Part shown: positions 10,813 through 20,823 of the stretch, piece after piece | Layout: each line of letters opens with the position of its first letter | Position numbering within the stretch: position 1 is the first letter of the stretch | Source: an uncultured delta proteobacterium | GTDB lineage: Bacteria > Desulfobacterota > Desulfuromonadia > Geobacterales > Pseudopelobacteraceae | Length of the DNA: 64,000 nucleotides | Assembly: GCA_963772835.1 (NCBI GenBank) | Contig: CAVYYZ010000002.1 | Location: forward strand, 64,001 to 128,000 | Reading direction: 5' to 3' | Notes under the pieces: generated by a model | Databases searched by the model: none | What the model was told of the DNA's origin: nothing | The model's input: the letters and a program-made list of their open reading frames with translations, nothing else | Made by a program: the position numbers and the translations under genes

Positions 10813-12570
10813 TCAACCCTTGATAATACGGGGGAGGAGCATCTGGTGTACCGGGGTGATCGACCGCGGATTCTGGTAGTTTGCCCCGGTAAATGCCTGA
10901 ATATACCGGCGCAGGTCCGGCAGATTCACGATTTCGTCGACAAAGCCGCTCTTGCCGCAGTACGCCGGGCGCGACTTGTCCTGATAGTCCGTGATCATCT
11001 GGTTCATCTTGTCCAGAACGGGGGTGAGATCGTTGCCCGCTTCGTCCTCCTTGACCAGGCGCCTTGCATACGAGGCGGCCGCAGCGGTTTCACCATGCAT
11101 GACGTAGATTTCGGTCAGCGGCGTGCCGAGCGTAAACGCGTTGTTATTGTTGGCCTGTGGACCGCACATGATGTAGTGGGCGGCGGCGGTTCCTTTCCGG
11201 AGAACGACGCACATCATGGAGAGATCGGTCTGTTCGATGGAGTAGACCAGAGACTGACCGAGCGCAAGCAGTTCGGCCTCCTCGGCCAGATCGCCGACAT
11301 CAATGCCCGTGGTATCCTGCATCCAGACGATCGGCAGGTTGTCCCGTCCGCAGAGGGTGACAAATTCCGCCTGTTTGATGAGACCCTCGCGGTAATGCTT
11401 CCCTCCCACGGCGGGATAGGCCCCTTTGGCATATTCAGGATATCCGGGGAAAACCCCCTGGCGGTTGCCGATGAATGCCACGGGGAAACCGTCAATCTTG
11501 GCGATACCTGCATAGACCTCCCGCCCGTACTCGGGACGATATTCCATGAATTCGCTGTTGTCGGTGATGCGGGCCAGAATCTGGACGGCATCGTAGGGAC
11601 GTTTCTGGTTGGCGGGAAGGATCATATTGAGATCCTCGCCCGGGAATTTGGGCGGTGCAGGAGCGGCAACCCGGAACATGATCGGGTCGTAGGCCGGCAT
11701 CATCCGCATATAATCCTTGATGCCGTCCAGCACCCCCCGTTCGGTGTCATGGACTTCGCGGAAATAGGCGGTCTGGTCGAAGTGAGTCTCAACGCGCCCC
11801 GGATCCTTGGCTTTAAAATTCTTGGTAGCACTGATAAGAGCCTGTGCGGCTTCGACGTCGATATGCCCTTTCGGGTTCATACCGCCCACAATACCGGCAC
11901 CGCCGACGGCGATGTTCGCCCCCTCGTGTGCGATAAGGATGGTGGGACTGATCCCCTGGTAGCCACCCCCGGCAGGATTAGTGCCGTAGATGCCGTTGAG
12001 GATGGGAATCCCCAGGTGATTGAGGTCTGCATGGCGGTAGAACGGTGCGCCGCTGGAGCGTCGTCCGGCATACACGGTTTCCTGCTCCATGAGCTTGACA
12101 CCGCTGCAGTTTGTCAGCCAGACGAGGGGGACATTGAGTCGTTTGGCCATGTCGGTGACCATGAGGATGTTTTCGGATTGACCTGCGATCCAGGCGCCGG
12201 CCATGACCTTGTTGTCAAAACCGATGACCACCGCCCACCTGCCCTGAATTTTACCAATGCCGTTAACAACCCCGGTACATCCCTCTTCATTGTCGCGCGG
12301 ATTATAGAGGGTATGCAGCGGAGACCAGGTGCCGGGGTCAATCAGATAGTCAAGACGGTCGTAGACCGTCATCCCTCCCCGATCATGGATCTTTTTGGCG
12401 GGAATCCCTGCATTTTTGACCCGCTCGACCTCCAGAGCAAGGATCCGCTCCTGTTCACGGACAAGTTCTATATTCTCCTGCGAGCGGCGGATTTCTCCAT
12501 CGTTCAGAGCCTTGCCGATATCGGCCATCTTCTCGAAGTACGGGCGCAGTGGTGTCTGTTTGCGTGACAT
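10813..12570 (-). CDS. gcdA: Glutaconyl-CoA decarboxylase carboxyltransferase subunit
   Basis: About 585-aa carboxyltransferase with [45 protein letters not shown] and HQMLLPR, which resemble GcdA. Adjacent to a glutaryl-CoA dehydrogenase. Confidence 0.87.
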   Translation of the reverse strand: MSRKQTPLRPYFEKMADIGKALNDGEIRRSQENIELVREQERILALEVERVKNAGIPAKKIHDRGGMTVYDRLDYLIDPGTWSPLHTLYNPRDNEEGCTGVVNGIGKIQGRWAVVIGFDNKVMAGAWIAGQSENILMVTDMAKRLNVPLVWLTNCSGVKLMEQETVYAGRRSSGAPFYRHADLNHLGIPILNGIYGTNPAGGGYQGISPTILIAHEGANIAVGGAGIVGGMNPKGHIDVEAAQALISATKNFKAKDPGRVETHFDQTAYFREVHDTERGVLDGIKDYMRMMPAYDPIMFRVAAPAPPKFPGEDLNMILPANQKRPYDAVQILARITDNSEFMEYRPEYGREVYAGIAKIDGFPVAFIGNRQGVFPGYPEYAKGAYPAVGGKHYREGLIKQAEFVTLCGRDNLPIVWMQDTTGIDVGDLAEEAELLALGQSLVYSIEQTDLSMMCVVLRKGTAAAHYIMCGPQANNNNAFTLGTPLTEIYVMHGETAAAASYARRLVKEDEAGNDLTPVLDKMNQMITDYQDKSRPAYCGKSGFVDEIVNLPDLRRYIQAFTGANYQNPRSITPVHQMLLPRIIKG

Positions 12571-12599
12571 GGGAACTCCTTTAATGCCTGAAATCAGGT

Positions 12600-12688
12600 G
12601 TAGGGGTAAAGCAAGGTTCTTCTGCTTTGCCTGCAATTTATGGTAATCGCGACAGGGGCGAAGCAGGTACGGATTGCTTCGCCCCTAC
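12600..12688. repeat. Inverted pair of GTAG-type REP-like hairpins
   Basis: Plus strand GTAG-GGGTAAAGCA-N9-TGCTTTGCCT (12600-12632). Minus strand GTAGGGGCGAAGCA-N9-TGCTTCGCCCCT (12688-12654). Confidence 0.6.
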
Positions 12689-12689
12689 A

Positions 12690-13847
12690 TTATCTATTCG
12701 ACACATCGCCGAGTGCGAAGCCGGCAATGATGGTCTTCTGGATGTTGCTGGTCCCTTCGACGACGCGCAGGGACTGGGCATCGCGCAGGAAGCGCTCTGC
12801 CGGATATTCGGTGGAGAAACCGTAGCTGCCGAAGATCTTCATCGTGTCGCTGGCGGCATGTACGGCGGCCTCGGAAGCAAACAGTTTGGCCATGGAGGTC
12901 TGATACTGGTTGGGCATCCCCTGATCTTTCAGCCAGGCGGCCTGATAGACGAGCAGGCGTGCGGCCTCATGCTCGGCAACCATATCGGCGATCTGGGCCT
13001 GGATCATCTGGTAGGAACCGATCTTCTTGCCGAACTGGGTCCGCTCGTTGGCGTAGCCGATAGCGGCCAGAATGGCGCCGCCGCCGATGCCGAGGGCCCC
13101 GGCAGCGCAGCTGATCCGGGTGTTGTTGAGCTGCCACATGCAGATCTGAAATCCCTGGCCGACCTCTCCCAGAACCGAATCCTTCGGAATTTTGGCGGAG
13201 CTGAAGGCTATCTCGCCGGTCGGAGCGCAGTGCAGGCCGAGTTTCGTCTCAATCGGTGCGGTGACGATTCCCTCGTTCCCCTTCAGGTTTACGATGAAGC
13301 AGGTCATCCCTTTGTATTTTTTGCTCTTGTCGGTCATGGCGTATACCAATCCCCAATCGCCGACGTGGGCATTGGAAATCCACATTTTCTGCCCATTCAG
13401 TTCCCAATGATCGCCCCGATCGACCGCCGTGGTCCCCATACTGACGACATCTGATCCCGAGTTCGGTTCGGTGATGGCGAAAAATCCGAACGATTCTGCA
13501 CTTACCCAGGCAGGAATAAAGCGTTCCTTCTGTTCCTTGCTGCCAAACTGATTTACCGTTATGGCAGGGCCGATGTTCTGCATGTTAAGCGGCAGCCGCG
13601 AGGAGCCGCTTACTATGGCAAGCTGTTCGGCAATGATAACCGACTCGAGAAACCCGCAGCCGTTACCGCCGTACTCCTCAGGGAGTGCACAGCCGAAAAA
13701 GCCGAGATCAGCCATTTTTTTGACCAGTTCCGGGCGAAATCTGTGATTAGCCTCGTCGTCCTTAAGGGTGGGAACGATCTCTTTTTGAGCGAAATCGCGC
13801 GCCATATCCTGCATCATCTTCTGCTCGTCCGTCAGCCCGAAATTCAT
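12690..13847 (-). CDS. Glutaryl-CoA dehydrogenase, probably non-decarboxylating (glutaconyl-CoA forming)
   Basis: Acyl-CoA dehydrogenase fold with an Arg in SSRLPLNM at the carboxylate-binding position. Val rather than Tyr precedes the catalytic Glu (RVVEGT). Lies between bamA and gcdA. Confidence 0.75.
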   Translation of the reverse strand: MNFGLTDEQKMMQDMARDFAQKEIVPTLKDDEANHRFRPELVKKMADLGFFGCALPEEYGGNGCGFLESVIIAEQLAIVSGSSRLPLNMQNIGPAITVNQFGSKEQKERFIPAWVSAESFGFFAITEPNSGSDVVSMGTTAVDRGDHWELNGQKMWISNAHVGDWGLVYAMTDKSKKYKGMTCFIVNLKGNEGIVTAPIETKLGLHCAPTGEIAFSSAKIPKDSVLGEVGQGFQICMWQLNNTRISCAAGALGIGGGAILAAIGYANERTQFGKKIGSYQMIQAQIADMVAEHEAARLLVYQAAWLKDQGMPNQYQTSMAKLFASEAAVHAASDTMKIFGSYGFSTEYPAERFLRDAQSLRVVEGTSNIQKTIIAGFALGDVSNR

Positions 13848-13870
13848 CTGGAGTCTCCTTCTGTTAATTT

Positions 13871-13891
13871 TTCACTCTTCACTCTTCACTC
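13871..13891. repeat. Heptamer tandem repeat (TTCACTC)x3
   Basis: ttcactc ttcactc ttcactc in the spacer between bamA and the glutaryl-CoA dehydrogenase gene. Confidence 0.75.
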
Positions 13892-13892
13892 T

Positions 13893-15038
13893 TTACGCTT
13901 TAACCCCCGGCATCAGGCTCTCGATCAGCTCCTCAGTCCAGGGGGCACCTTTCGCCAGACCTTGTCGTAGCTTGATGAAGTCGATTTCGCGGCCGGTCTC
14001 TTTGGTCCCTTCGTTGAAGGCCCGGAAGCCGGTGCGGGCCTCGTTCATCATGTTGAGGGCAAGCCAGGCACGGGAATTTTCCTTGTTTTTGTTCCAGGCA
14101 TCCAGCTTCGGTTTGCGCAGCTCTTCAAGGCTTTTGGTCATACATTCGGGGAAGGTGTCGAGCAGCTTGGAACAGAGCGTTTCAATTTTTTCATCCAGCA
14201 TACTCAGGTCGACCGTACCCTCCTTGATCAGTGCGGCCCCTTCTTTAAAGGCGGCGCCGCTCTTGAATTCGCCGTGAACAATCCGGCCGTACTCGTCCAG
14301 CATCCGGTCGGTGACAACGGTCGGGTTGGAGACAAAGGCGCCGTTTATTTTGAGAGCCGGGACCACATCGGCGATGATGCCGAGCCGGTTGGCCTTGTGA
14401 GCCGAGAACGGCTCGCAGAGCGTACCGGAAACCATGGCCTGTTCGCAGCCGATCATGACCGGCAGGAAGTCGGTGGCGCCGCCGATGGCAGCGGAACCAT
14501 GCTTGGGACCGGCCTGACCGAAGTTGGCCAGATCCTGGGCGATGGTAAAGTCGCACGCCATGCCGATTTCCTGGCCGCCGCCGATGCGCATGCCGTTTAC
14601 CCGGCAGACAACCGGCTTGTCGCACCCAAGAATGGCGGAGACCATGTCGTTGAACAGCCGCATGTACTGGCGGTATTCCTGCGGATTTCCCGCATAATAC
14701 TCGGCGTATTCCTTCGTATTGCCGCCGGTACAGAACGCTTTGTCGCCGACTGCAGTAAAGACGACTGCGTTTACTTCACGGTCGACGGAGGCACGGCGAA
14801 AGGCCAGGATAGTTGCCTTGACCATGTCCGTTGTATAGGAGTTATACTGTTTGGGATTATTGAGGATGATCCAGGCGTTGTAGAGACCTTCGGCGATGCT
14901 GCCGTCGCGCCTTTTGGCAGGGCGTTTTTCATACAGGACCATGCCGTCGCAGAGGCTTTCAACCTCGCGGTCAATCAGGTTGTGGTCAATCAGGTGTGCC
15001 GGGGCGGTTCGGGAAATGATTTCATCTGGTGTGGCCAT
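13893..15038 (-). CDS. bamA: 6-oxocyclohex-1-ene-1-carbonyl-CoA hydrolase (ring opening)
   Basis: Crotonase with the Oah/BamA signatures QYNSYTTDM, FCTGGNTKEYAEYY, GQAGPKHGS and WLALNM. GGAGGA RBS before the ATG at 15038. Confidence 0.93.
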   Translation of the reverse strand: MATPDEIISRTAPAHLIDHNLIDREVESLCDGMVLYEKRPAKRRDGSIAEGLYNAWIILNNPKQYNSYTTDMVKATILAFRRASVDREVNAVVFTAVGDKAFCTGGNTKEYAEYYAGNPQEYRQYMRLFNDMVSAILGCDKPVVCRVNGMRIGGGQEIGMACDFTIAQDLANFGQAGPKHGSAAIGGATDFLPVMIGCEQAMVSGTLCEPFSAHKANRLGIIADVVPALKINGAFVSNPTVVTDRMLDEYGRIVHGEFKSGAAFKEGAALIKEGTVDLSMLDEKIETLCSKLLDTFPECMTKSLEELRKPKLDAWNKNKENSRAWLALNMMNEARTGFRAFNEGTKETGREIDFIKLRQGLAKGAPWTEELIESLMPGVKA

Positions 15039-15145
15039 GTTGTTCCTCCTTATGTTTTCGATAGGTGATGTGAGCAGCTGTGTATCAATAAAAGTCGACG
15101 GGTCAAAAAACGAGAGGCGGTAAAACAAACAATATTATTATTCAT

Positions 15146-15181
15146 GCAAACAAGTACCTCAATACCGATTTATATGTCAAG
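15146..15181 (-). promoter_or_regulatory. bamA promoter: TTGACA -35 plus palindromic operator (site 1)
   Basis: GCA-AACAA-GTAC-CTCAA-TAC at 15146-15165 and TGTCAA at 15175-15180. 15152-15181 matches 36348-36377 at 26 of 30 positions. Confidence 0.72.
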
Positions 15182-15512
15182 GGAAATGTACGGCAGCATC
15201 ATCAGATCTTGTGCGATTTCCCGGTACGGTGAATACAGTGAAATAGCCTCCATAACGTCATAATTTCGAGTGTGTAGCATACTGAAATTATTATAAATAA
15301 AGATTAAAAGTTTCTTGACAACGAAAATAGAACAGAGTTAAGTGGCATGCAGACGGAAAGTTTAAAAAAGTGTATACGCACGCCGCCAGGGGTTTTGTAT
15401 ACGGGCCTGAGGCGGTGCACACAACCACGATGCGGTGCCGGTTGCCGCAGAAAATGCGGCCACTCAAACCCCGTGAGCCGCCGGGCAGGTAAGGTCTAAA
15501 AAAGGTGATTTT

Positions 15513-15821
15513 ATGCATCTGGTTCAACTACTGCTTCCACTGTGCGATAACGAAGGGCACCCCTTCTCACAGTCAATGTACCTGAAAGTCAGGGACGAGC
15601 TCGCCGAAAAGTTCGGAGGGATAACCACCTATGTCAGGTCCCCGGCTGAAGGGTTGTGGAAAGAGGGATCGTGCTGCACGGTAAAGGACGAAATCATTAT
15701 TTACGAAATTATGGCAAAGGAATTAAACCGTGCATGGTGGAAAGAGTTCAGGGAGCAGTTGGAGTTGCATTTCAGGCAGGATTCCATAATTGTCAGGACA
15801 AGCCTGATCGATATTCTATAA
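15513..15821 (+). CDS. Conserved hypothetical small protein
   Basis: 102-aa ORF with an AAGGTG RBS and protein-like composition (FGGITTY..PAEGLW). TTGACA at 15315-15320 upstream. Confidence 0.65.
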   Translation: MHLVQLLLPLCDNEGHPFSQSMYLKVRDELAEKFGGITTYVRSPAEGLWKEGSCCTVKDEIIIYEIMAKELNRAWWKEFREQLELHFRQDSIIVRTSLIDIL

Positions 15822-16018
15822 TAATATCGAATCCGTTATACGTATGTCTTATAACAAAAGAGCAGAAATACGCACATTGTTCTTACCCGGGCTGGTTCCG
15901 GTGCAGGATGCGAATTAACCAATAGTCTTACAGGCAGTCCCTGAAACTTCACCAGCCGTGTATCCACGTATGAAGATGCAACCATCAACCCCGGAAGTGT
16001 AACAACAAGGAGGATAGT

Positions 16019-16330
16019 ATGTCCCACGATACATCGCAAAATTATCTTAATCTGAAAGAGCGTCATGCCGAGTTGATCAAGGCTGTTGAGGTAATGGGAA
16101 ATGCCGCGCGTAATGCAGGCCCACTTGATGAAAAGGCCGTGCAGCTTATTAAGTTGGGTGCAGCAGCAGCTATCGGTTCAAAAGGGGCGTTGCGCAGCCA
16201 TGCACTGCAGGCGTTGGAAGCTGGTGCTTCAATTGAAGAGGTGCGACATGCCGTTATTGTACTGACAAGTACGATTGGCTTTCCGACGGTTGCGGCAGCG
16301 CTTGCGAGAATTGAAGAGGTTGTCGCCTGA
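16019..16330 (+). CDS. Carboxymuconolactone decarboxylase/AhpD-like family protein
   Basis: GPLDEK..QLIKLG, ALRSH..QALEAGAS.EE and TIGFP motifs. AGGAGG RBS. Confidence 0.8.
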   Translation: MSHDTSQNYLNLKERHAELIKAVEVMGNAARNAGPLDEKAVQLIKLGAAAAIGSKGALRSHALQALEAGASIEEVRHAVIVLTSTIGFPTVAAALARIEEVVA

Positions 16331-16531
16331 CGAAAACCGGGTTGTGTGCGGCGATATGTGTGCCTGTTCATTTCGTTACCGGAGCTCAGATGACAGCACG
16401 CAAATTGACCAATAGTTTATATACTAACCACGGAATTGCCTCGTCAAACAAGGGTTACGACCCGCCCGAAAAAACAGGCGGGCCAAACTCATGCCCGTTA
16501 GGCAAAAAACAATGTGAGGAGATATTTCGTA

Positions 16532-16834
16532 ATGCCCAAACAAAATGAATCACCCTACGTCTCTCATGTTTTTGTTTGTACCAATGATCGTGGGGGTGTA
16601 AGCAAATCGTGTTCAGACAATAACAGCCAGCTTATTAAATCTACATTGAAGGACGTTGTAACCGGGAAAGGCTGGAAAGGGAAGGTCAGGGTTAGTACTT
16701 CAGGATGCATGGGGCTGTGCGCCAATGGCCCCAATGTGATGATCTACCCTCAAAAGATATGGTTTTCTGAAGTTTCCCCTGATGATGTGAATGAAATCGT
16801 GTCTACCATTGAACGTGTTTTGGCAGATGACTGA
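16532..16834 (+). CDS. Thioredoxin-like [2Fe-2S] ferredoxin
   Basis: HVFVC-x10-C...SGCMGLC..GP..IYP pattern. GAGGAG RBS. Confidence 0.82.
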   Translation: MPKQNESPYVSHVFVCTNDRGGVSKSCSDNNSQLIKSTLKDVVTGKGWKGKVRVSTSGCMGLCANGPNVMIYPQKIWFSEVSPDDVNEIVSTIERVLADD

Positions 16835-18233
16835 TAAGAAACAGAACCTGAAATTGATGAAAAAAGAAAAGAACCGCCCGGTCATCATCGCCCGGCAGGA
16901 ACATGGCATATCCCGCAAGCTCATGAGCCCGAACGCCCTGCGCATCCTCTACAGACTGAGGGACAACGGCTATGTCGGCCATCTTGTCGGCGGCTGTGTG
17001 CGCGACCTCCTGCTCGGACGGGAGCCGAAGGATTTCGACGTGGTGACGAACGCCACCCCCAACGAGCTGAAGCGGATGTTCCGCAACTGCCGTCTCATCG
17101 GCCGGCGCTTTCGTCTCGCGCACCTCCACTTCCAGGATGAGATCATCGAGGTGGCGACCTTTCGATCCCTGGCCCCGGACGTGCCGGAGACCGAACCAAT
17201 AGAGGCATCCGGGGCGGAGCAGCGCCAGCGGACCCCGCGGACGCTGAAGGACGATGACGGCATGATCCTGCGGGATAATGTCTACGGCACCCCTGAAGAG
17301 GATGCCCTGCGCCGTGACTTCACCGTCAATGCTCTTGCCTACAGTAGTGATGATTTCTCGATCATTGACTACACCGGAGGCCTGGCCGATCTCAATGCCG
17401 GCATCATCCGCACCATCGGCGACCCCGCCGTCCGCTTCCAGGAAGACCCGGTACGGATGCTGCGGGCGGTACGGTTTGCCGCCCAGCTCGCCTTCACCAT
17501 CGAGGAACACACCCGCACGGCTCTCGTCTCTTCCGCTGAGACCATAGTCAGGGCAGCGCCGGCCCGTCTCTACGAGGAGATGCTCAAGATTTTCTTCTCG
17601 GGAGAGGCGGCGAAGTGCTGCGGTCTCCTCCAGCGTACCGGACTCTTTGCGGCACTGTTCCCGCATTTCTCGAATTGGCTCGATGTCGAAAGCGAGGGCT
17701 TTCCCCATACCCGCTTCGGGGAAATGCTCACCTGCGTCGATGACCGCATCCAGCAGGGTGGCACGATCTCTGCGCCGCTCCTCCTGGCTCTGCTGTTCGG
17801 CGGATACATCGATGAGAAGGCGGAGCGTTTCCGCCGACAGGGTGCGCCCTGGCAGCGGAGCATTGATGCTGCGGTGGCGGAGTTCATGGGCGAAACCTGT
17901 CCGACCGTCATGATCATGAACCGCGTCGGGAATGCGCTCTGCGGAATCATCAGCCAGCAGACGCGCCTGAACAGGATCCCCGGACGCCGACCGGAATCGT
18001 TCATCGCCCGTCGTGATTTCAATGACATCATCGAATACAGCCGGATCATCAGCGGCGACGACAAAGGCGTCGCCGTACAGCTTGACTGGTGGGCGGCTCA
18101 GGCACTGCAGCAGGCGCCGGTGCCGGTGCCTGAGATGTCCAAACTCACCGGAAATGGCGAGGAACCGCAGAGAAAGAAGAGACGTCGCCGGCGGCGAAAG
18201 CCACATGCGAAAAGCGGTACGGAAGGGCTGTAG
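16827..18233 (+). CDS. pcnB: Poly(A) polymerase I
   Basis: VGGCVRD..LG..PKDFD, the PAP-specific LIGRRFRLAHL signature, RRDFTVNAL, EDPVRMLRA and a basic C-terminal tail. Start could be 16827 or 16857. Confidence 0.88.
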   Translation: MTDKKQNLKLMKKEKNRPVIIARQEHGISRKLMSPNALRILYRLRDNGYVGHLVGGCVRDLLLGREPKDFDVVTNATPNELKRMFRNCRLIGRRFRLAHLHFQDEIIEVATFRSLAPDVPETEPIEASGAEQRQRTPRTLKDDDGMILRDNVYGTPEEDALRRDFTVNALAYSSDDFSIIDYTGGLADLNAGIIRTIGDPAVRFQEDPVRMLRAVRFAAQLAFTIEEHTRTALVSSAETIVRAAPARLYEEMLKIFFSGEAAKCCGLLQRTGLFAALFPHFSNWLDVESEGFPHTRFGEMLTCVDDRIQQGGTISAPLLLALLFGGYIDEKAERFRRQGAPWQRSIDAAVAEFMGETCPTVMIMNRVGNALCGIISQQTRLNRIPGRRPESFIARRDFNDIIEYSRIISGDDKGVAVQLDWWAAQALQQAPVPVPEMSKLTGNGEEPQRKKRRRRRRKPHAKSGTEGL

Positions 18234-18367
18234 CTCATGGAGAACCTTGGGGTTATATTTTGAACTATACGAAACCGATAATTCAAAACTGACTCTTGTG
18301 AGTCATGAACTCCATGACGTTGAGCGGCACCGGCATATATTCCACGAAATTGGAGATGAACATCACC

Positions 18368-18829
18368 ATGAAGTTACGTACCGGCATCGCACTGGTTCTT
18401 GCTGTGGCACTGCCTGCCGTCTGCACGGCAGCGGACAGATTCACCCAAATCATCGCGCAGGCGGGTGAGTCTACCGTCACAAAAGGCGGCTTTGTCGTCA
18501 ACCAGAAGCGTGTCGCAGTGCAAAAAGAATTATCGCGACGACAACCAACAGCTGCAGAGCTCGGGGTAAAGCTGCCGACGAAAGCTTCTCTGAAGCTCGA
18601 ACGGACGGCTCTCCAGATTGTCCAATACAACCCCGTCTGGCGCGTGTACGACTTTCATGTTTCCATGCCGCGTCCGGAGTTCATCAAATTCTTCGAAGCG
18701 CAGGGACTGGTATTTGACACGCACAGGAATGTCCTTCTTTTCCCGGACACCGCGGCCAACGATGCCGGATTCATAGATGGCCTGTTTGGTGACGTAATCA
18801 GCGAGTTCCGGATCTGGCGCAGACCATAA
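18368..18829 (+). CDS. Hypothetical exported protein
   Basis: Signal-peptide-like N-terminus MKLRTGIALVLAVALPAVCTA. Start uncertain. Confidence 0.55.
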   Translation: MKLRTGIALVLAVALPAVCTAADRFTQIIAQAGESTVTKGGFVVNQKRVAVQKELSRRQPTAAELGVKLPTKASLKLERTALQIVQYNPVWRVYDFHVSMPRPEFIKFFEAQGLVFDTHRNVLLFPDTAANDAGFIDGLFGDVISEFRIWRRP

Positions 18830-19004
18830 GCCGCTGCTCGATTATGGTTCCCAATGCTTCCATCCAGCAGCGTGCAGCCGGCTGCACCCGCTTCCCGGGA
18901 GGCTGGAACGACCGACAATCAGACCAGTCCGTGTGTAACACGCTGCCGGTTACCCATCAGGCGTTGGATCGCCTGCAAAAAAACTTTCAAAAGGAGAGTA
19001 CGTT

Positions 19005-19409
19005 ATGAAAAAAAATGTCATCGCCATTCTGTTCGCCCTGGCCCTCCCCGCTACATGTTTTGCCGCCGACATCATGCGTGATGGGTACTGGGAGCTGGTC
19101 TCCACTATGGAAATGCCCGGTATGCCGATGAAAATGGCACCTACCAAGGTAAAGCACTGCTACACCAAGGAAGATGTCACGGATCAGAAAAAAACCATAA
19201 CTACTGACAAAAACTGTACCGTTACCGATCTAAAACAGTCCGGCAATAAAGTCACCTGGAAGATGAAGTGCACCGGCAACAATCCCGGCGTTTTCAGCGG
19301 GGAGACGGTTTTTAAGGGGGACAGCTACGATTCGACCATGAACATGCAGGCCCAGGGGCAGACCATGAAAATGAGAATCAAAGCCAAGCGACTTGGAGCG
19401 TGTCCATAA
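19005..19409 (+). CDS. DUF3617-like exported protein
   Basis: Signal peptide, G.WE, paired Cys residues and C-terminal AKRLGAC. AGGAG RBS. Confidence 0.75.
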   Translation: MKKNVIAILFALALPATCFAADIMRDGYWELVSTMEMPGMPMKMAPTKVKHCYTKEDVTDQKKTITTDKNCTVTDLKQSGNKVTWKMKCTGNNPGVFSGETVFKGDSYDSTMNMQAQGQTMKMRIKAKRLGACP

Positions 19410-19604
19410 CGTTCACTGTCAGCAAAACGTGAATAAGGGAAACTGGAAATAACACAGCAGTATCCCCCGACCTTGCACCAATAGTGCTGAAGCGTGCACC
19501 CTGCCCTTCAGCACGGATACCATGCCCGGTAATCTGCGGGGCATGCAGCCGCTGAACAGTACACCGTTCTGCCGGTTTGTCAGTCAATCCGGAGAGGAGT
19601 TCCC

Positions 19605-20657
19605 GTGACACCCATAGTTGACTTGAGAAGCGACACCGTAACGCAGCCAACTGACGCCATGCGTGCCGCCATGGCGGCAGCACCTCTGGGTGATGATGTA
19701 TTTGGTGATGACCCCAGCGTCAATATGCTGCAGGAAAAAATCGCACATCTGCTCGGGTTTGAAACTGCGCTGTTTGTGTCATCAGGTACGCAAAGTAACC
19801 TGTGCGCCATACTGAGTCACTGCCAGCGTGGAGACGAATATATCGTGGGACAATCTGCCCATTGCTACCGTTGGGAAGGCGGTGGAGCGGCGGTATTCGG
19901 CAGTGTGCAGCCCCAGCCGCTGGAGCATCAGGCCGACGGGACCCTCAGGGTGGAGGATATCGAGGCGGCAATCAAACCGGATGACGCCCACTTTGCCCGA
20001 ACCAGACTGCTGGCGTTGGAAAACACCCTGGGAGGCAGACTTCTGCCTTTTTCATACCTGCAGCAGGCGACGCAACTGGCTGAGAGCAAAGGGTTGGCCC
20101 GTCATCTTGACGGTGCCCGACTGTTCAACGCTGCATCTGCTCAGGCCACCGCAATCGGGGGTGATGTCCGCGAAGAAGCGCGGCGGATTGCCGGTTGTTT
20201 TGATAGCGTGTCGGTGTGCCTGAGCAAAGGATTGGGCGCTCCGGTGGGTTCAGTACTGTGCGGCAGCCGGGAATTTATCGCCCGGGCGCATCGCATCCGG
20301 AAAATGGCAGGGGGCGGAATGCGCCAAACCGGCATGCTGGCCGCAGCCGGAACCTATGCGCTGGATCACCATGTCGATCGACTGGCCCGGGATCACGCAC
20401 TGGCTCGGCGATTGGCAGAAGGTTTGACGGATGTTCCCGGCCTGGAAGTGGAAGCGCCGCATACCAATATACTGTTTGTCGACCTGACGGGCCCGGTTAG
20501 AATGCGTTCTGCAGAACTGATTCAGCACCTGAAGACGCGCGGCATTCTTGCTACCGGCCTGTATCGCCTCCGCTTTGTAACTCATCTGGATGTGGATGCT
20601 GCGGGAATTGACCGGACCATAGAGGCCGTTACCGGTTTTTTCCACGGTGTGAACTAG
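19605..20657 (+). CDS. ltaE: Low-specificity L-threonine aldolase
   Basis: DLRSDTVT, GDDVFGDDP, SGTQSN, HLDGARLFNA, CLSKGLGAPVGS (PLP Lys) and GGGMRQ. GTG start after GAGGAG. Confidence 0.9.
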   Translation: MTPIVDLRSDTVTQPTDAMRAAMAAAPLGDDVFGDDPSVNMLQEKIAHLLGFETALFVSSGTQSNLCAILSHCQRGDEYIVGQSAHCYRWEGGGAAVFGSVQPQPLEHQADGTLRVEDIEAAIKPDDAHFARTRLLALENTLGGRLLPFSYLQQATQLAESKGLARHLDGARLFNAASAQATAIGGDVREEARRIAGCFDSVSVCLSKGLGAPVGSVLCGSREFIARAHRIRKMAGGGMRQTGMLAAAGTYALDHHVDRLARDHALARRLAEGLTDVPGLEVEAPHTNILFVDLTGPVRMRSAELIQHLKTRGILATGLYRLRFVTHLDVDAAGIDRTIEAVTGFFHGVN

Positions 20658-20823
20658 CAGAGCCTTACAACAGGTCATCTCAACATATGATAGTTTAAAT
20701 TATATAATTAACATATTCACTTTAATACGTTGTTATTTTTTCTGATTGTGGTAGATATGATGTCTATTATGCAGAATTTATCTGCTCGTACATGGGTCTG
20801 GGAGACCAGGAAGGGCGTACTGT

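Noticed and set aside
10672..12567. 631-aa plus-strand ORF
   Set aside because: Antisense shadow of gcdA with no recognisable motifs. Such shadows are common in GC-rich coding DNA.
16400..16520. Possible c-di-GMP/GEMM riboswitch before the ferredoxin gene
   Set aside because: Only a short CCCGCC/GGCGGG hairpin. The conserved GEMM features could not be matched.
16803..18206. 467-aa minus-strand ORF
   Set aside because: Antisense shadow of pcnB with no protein family features.
18233..19600. Integron-like cassette array of small exported proteins
   Set aside because: No convincing RYYYAAC...GTTRRRY attC sites and no integrase. Only an isolated palindrome, GTGCAGCCGGCTGCAC.
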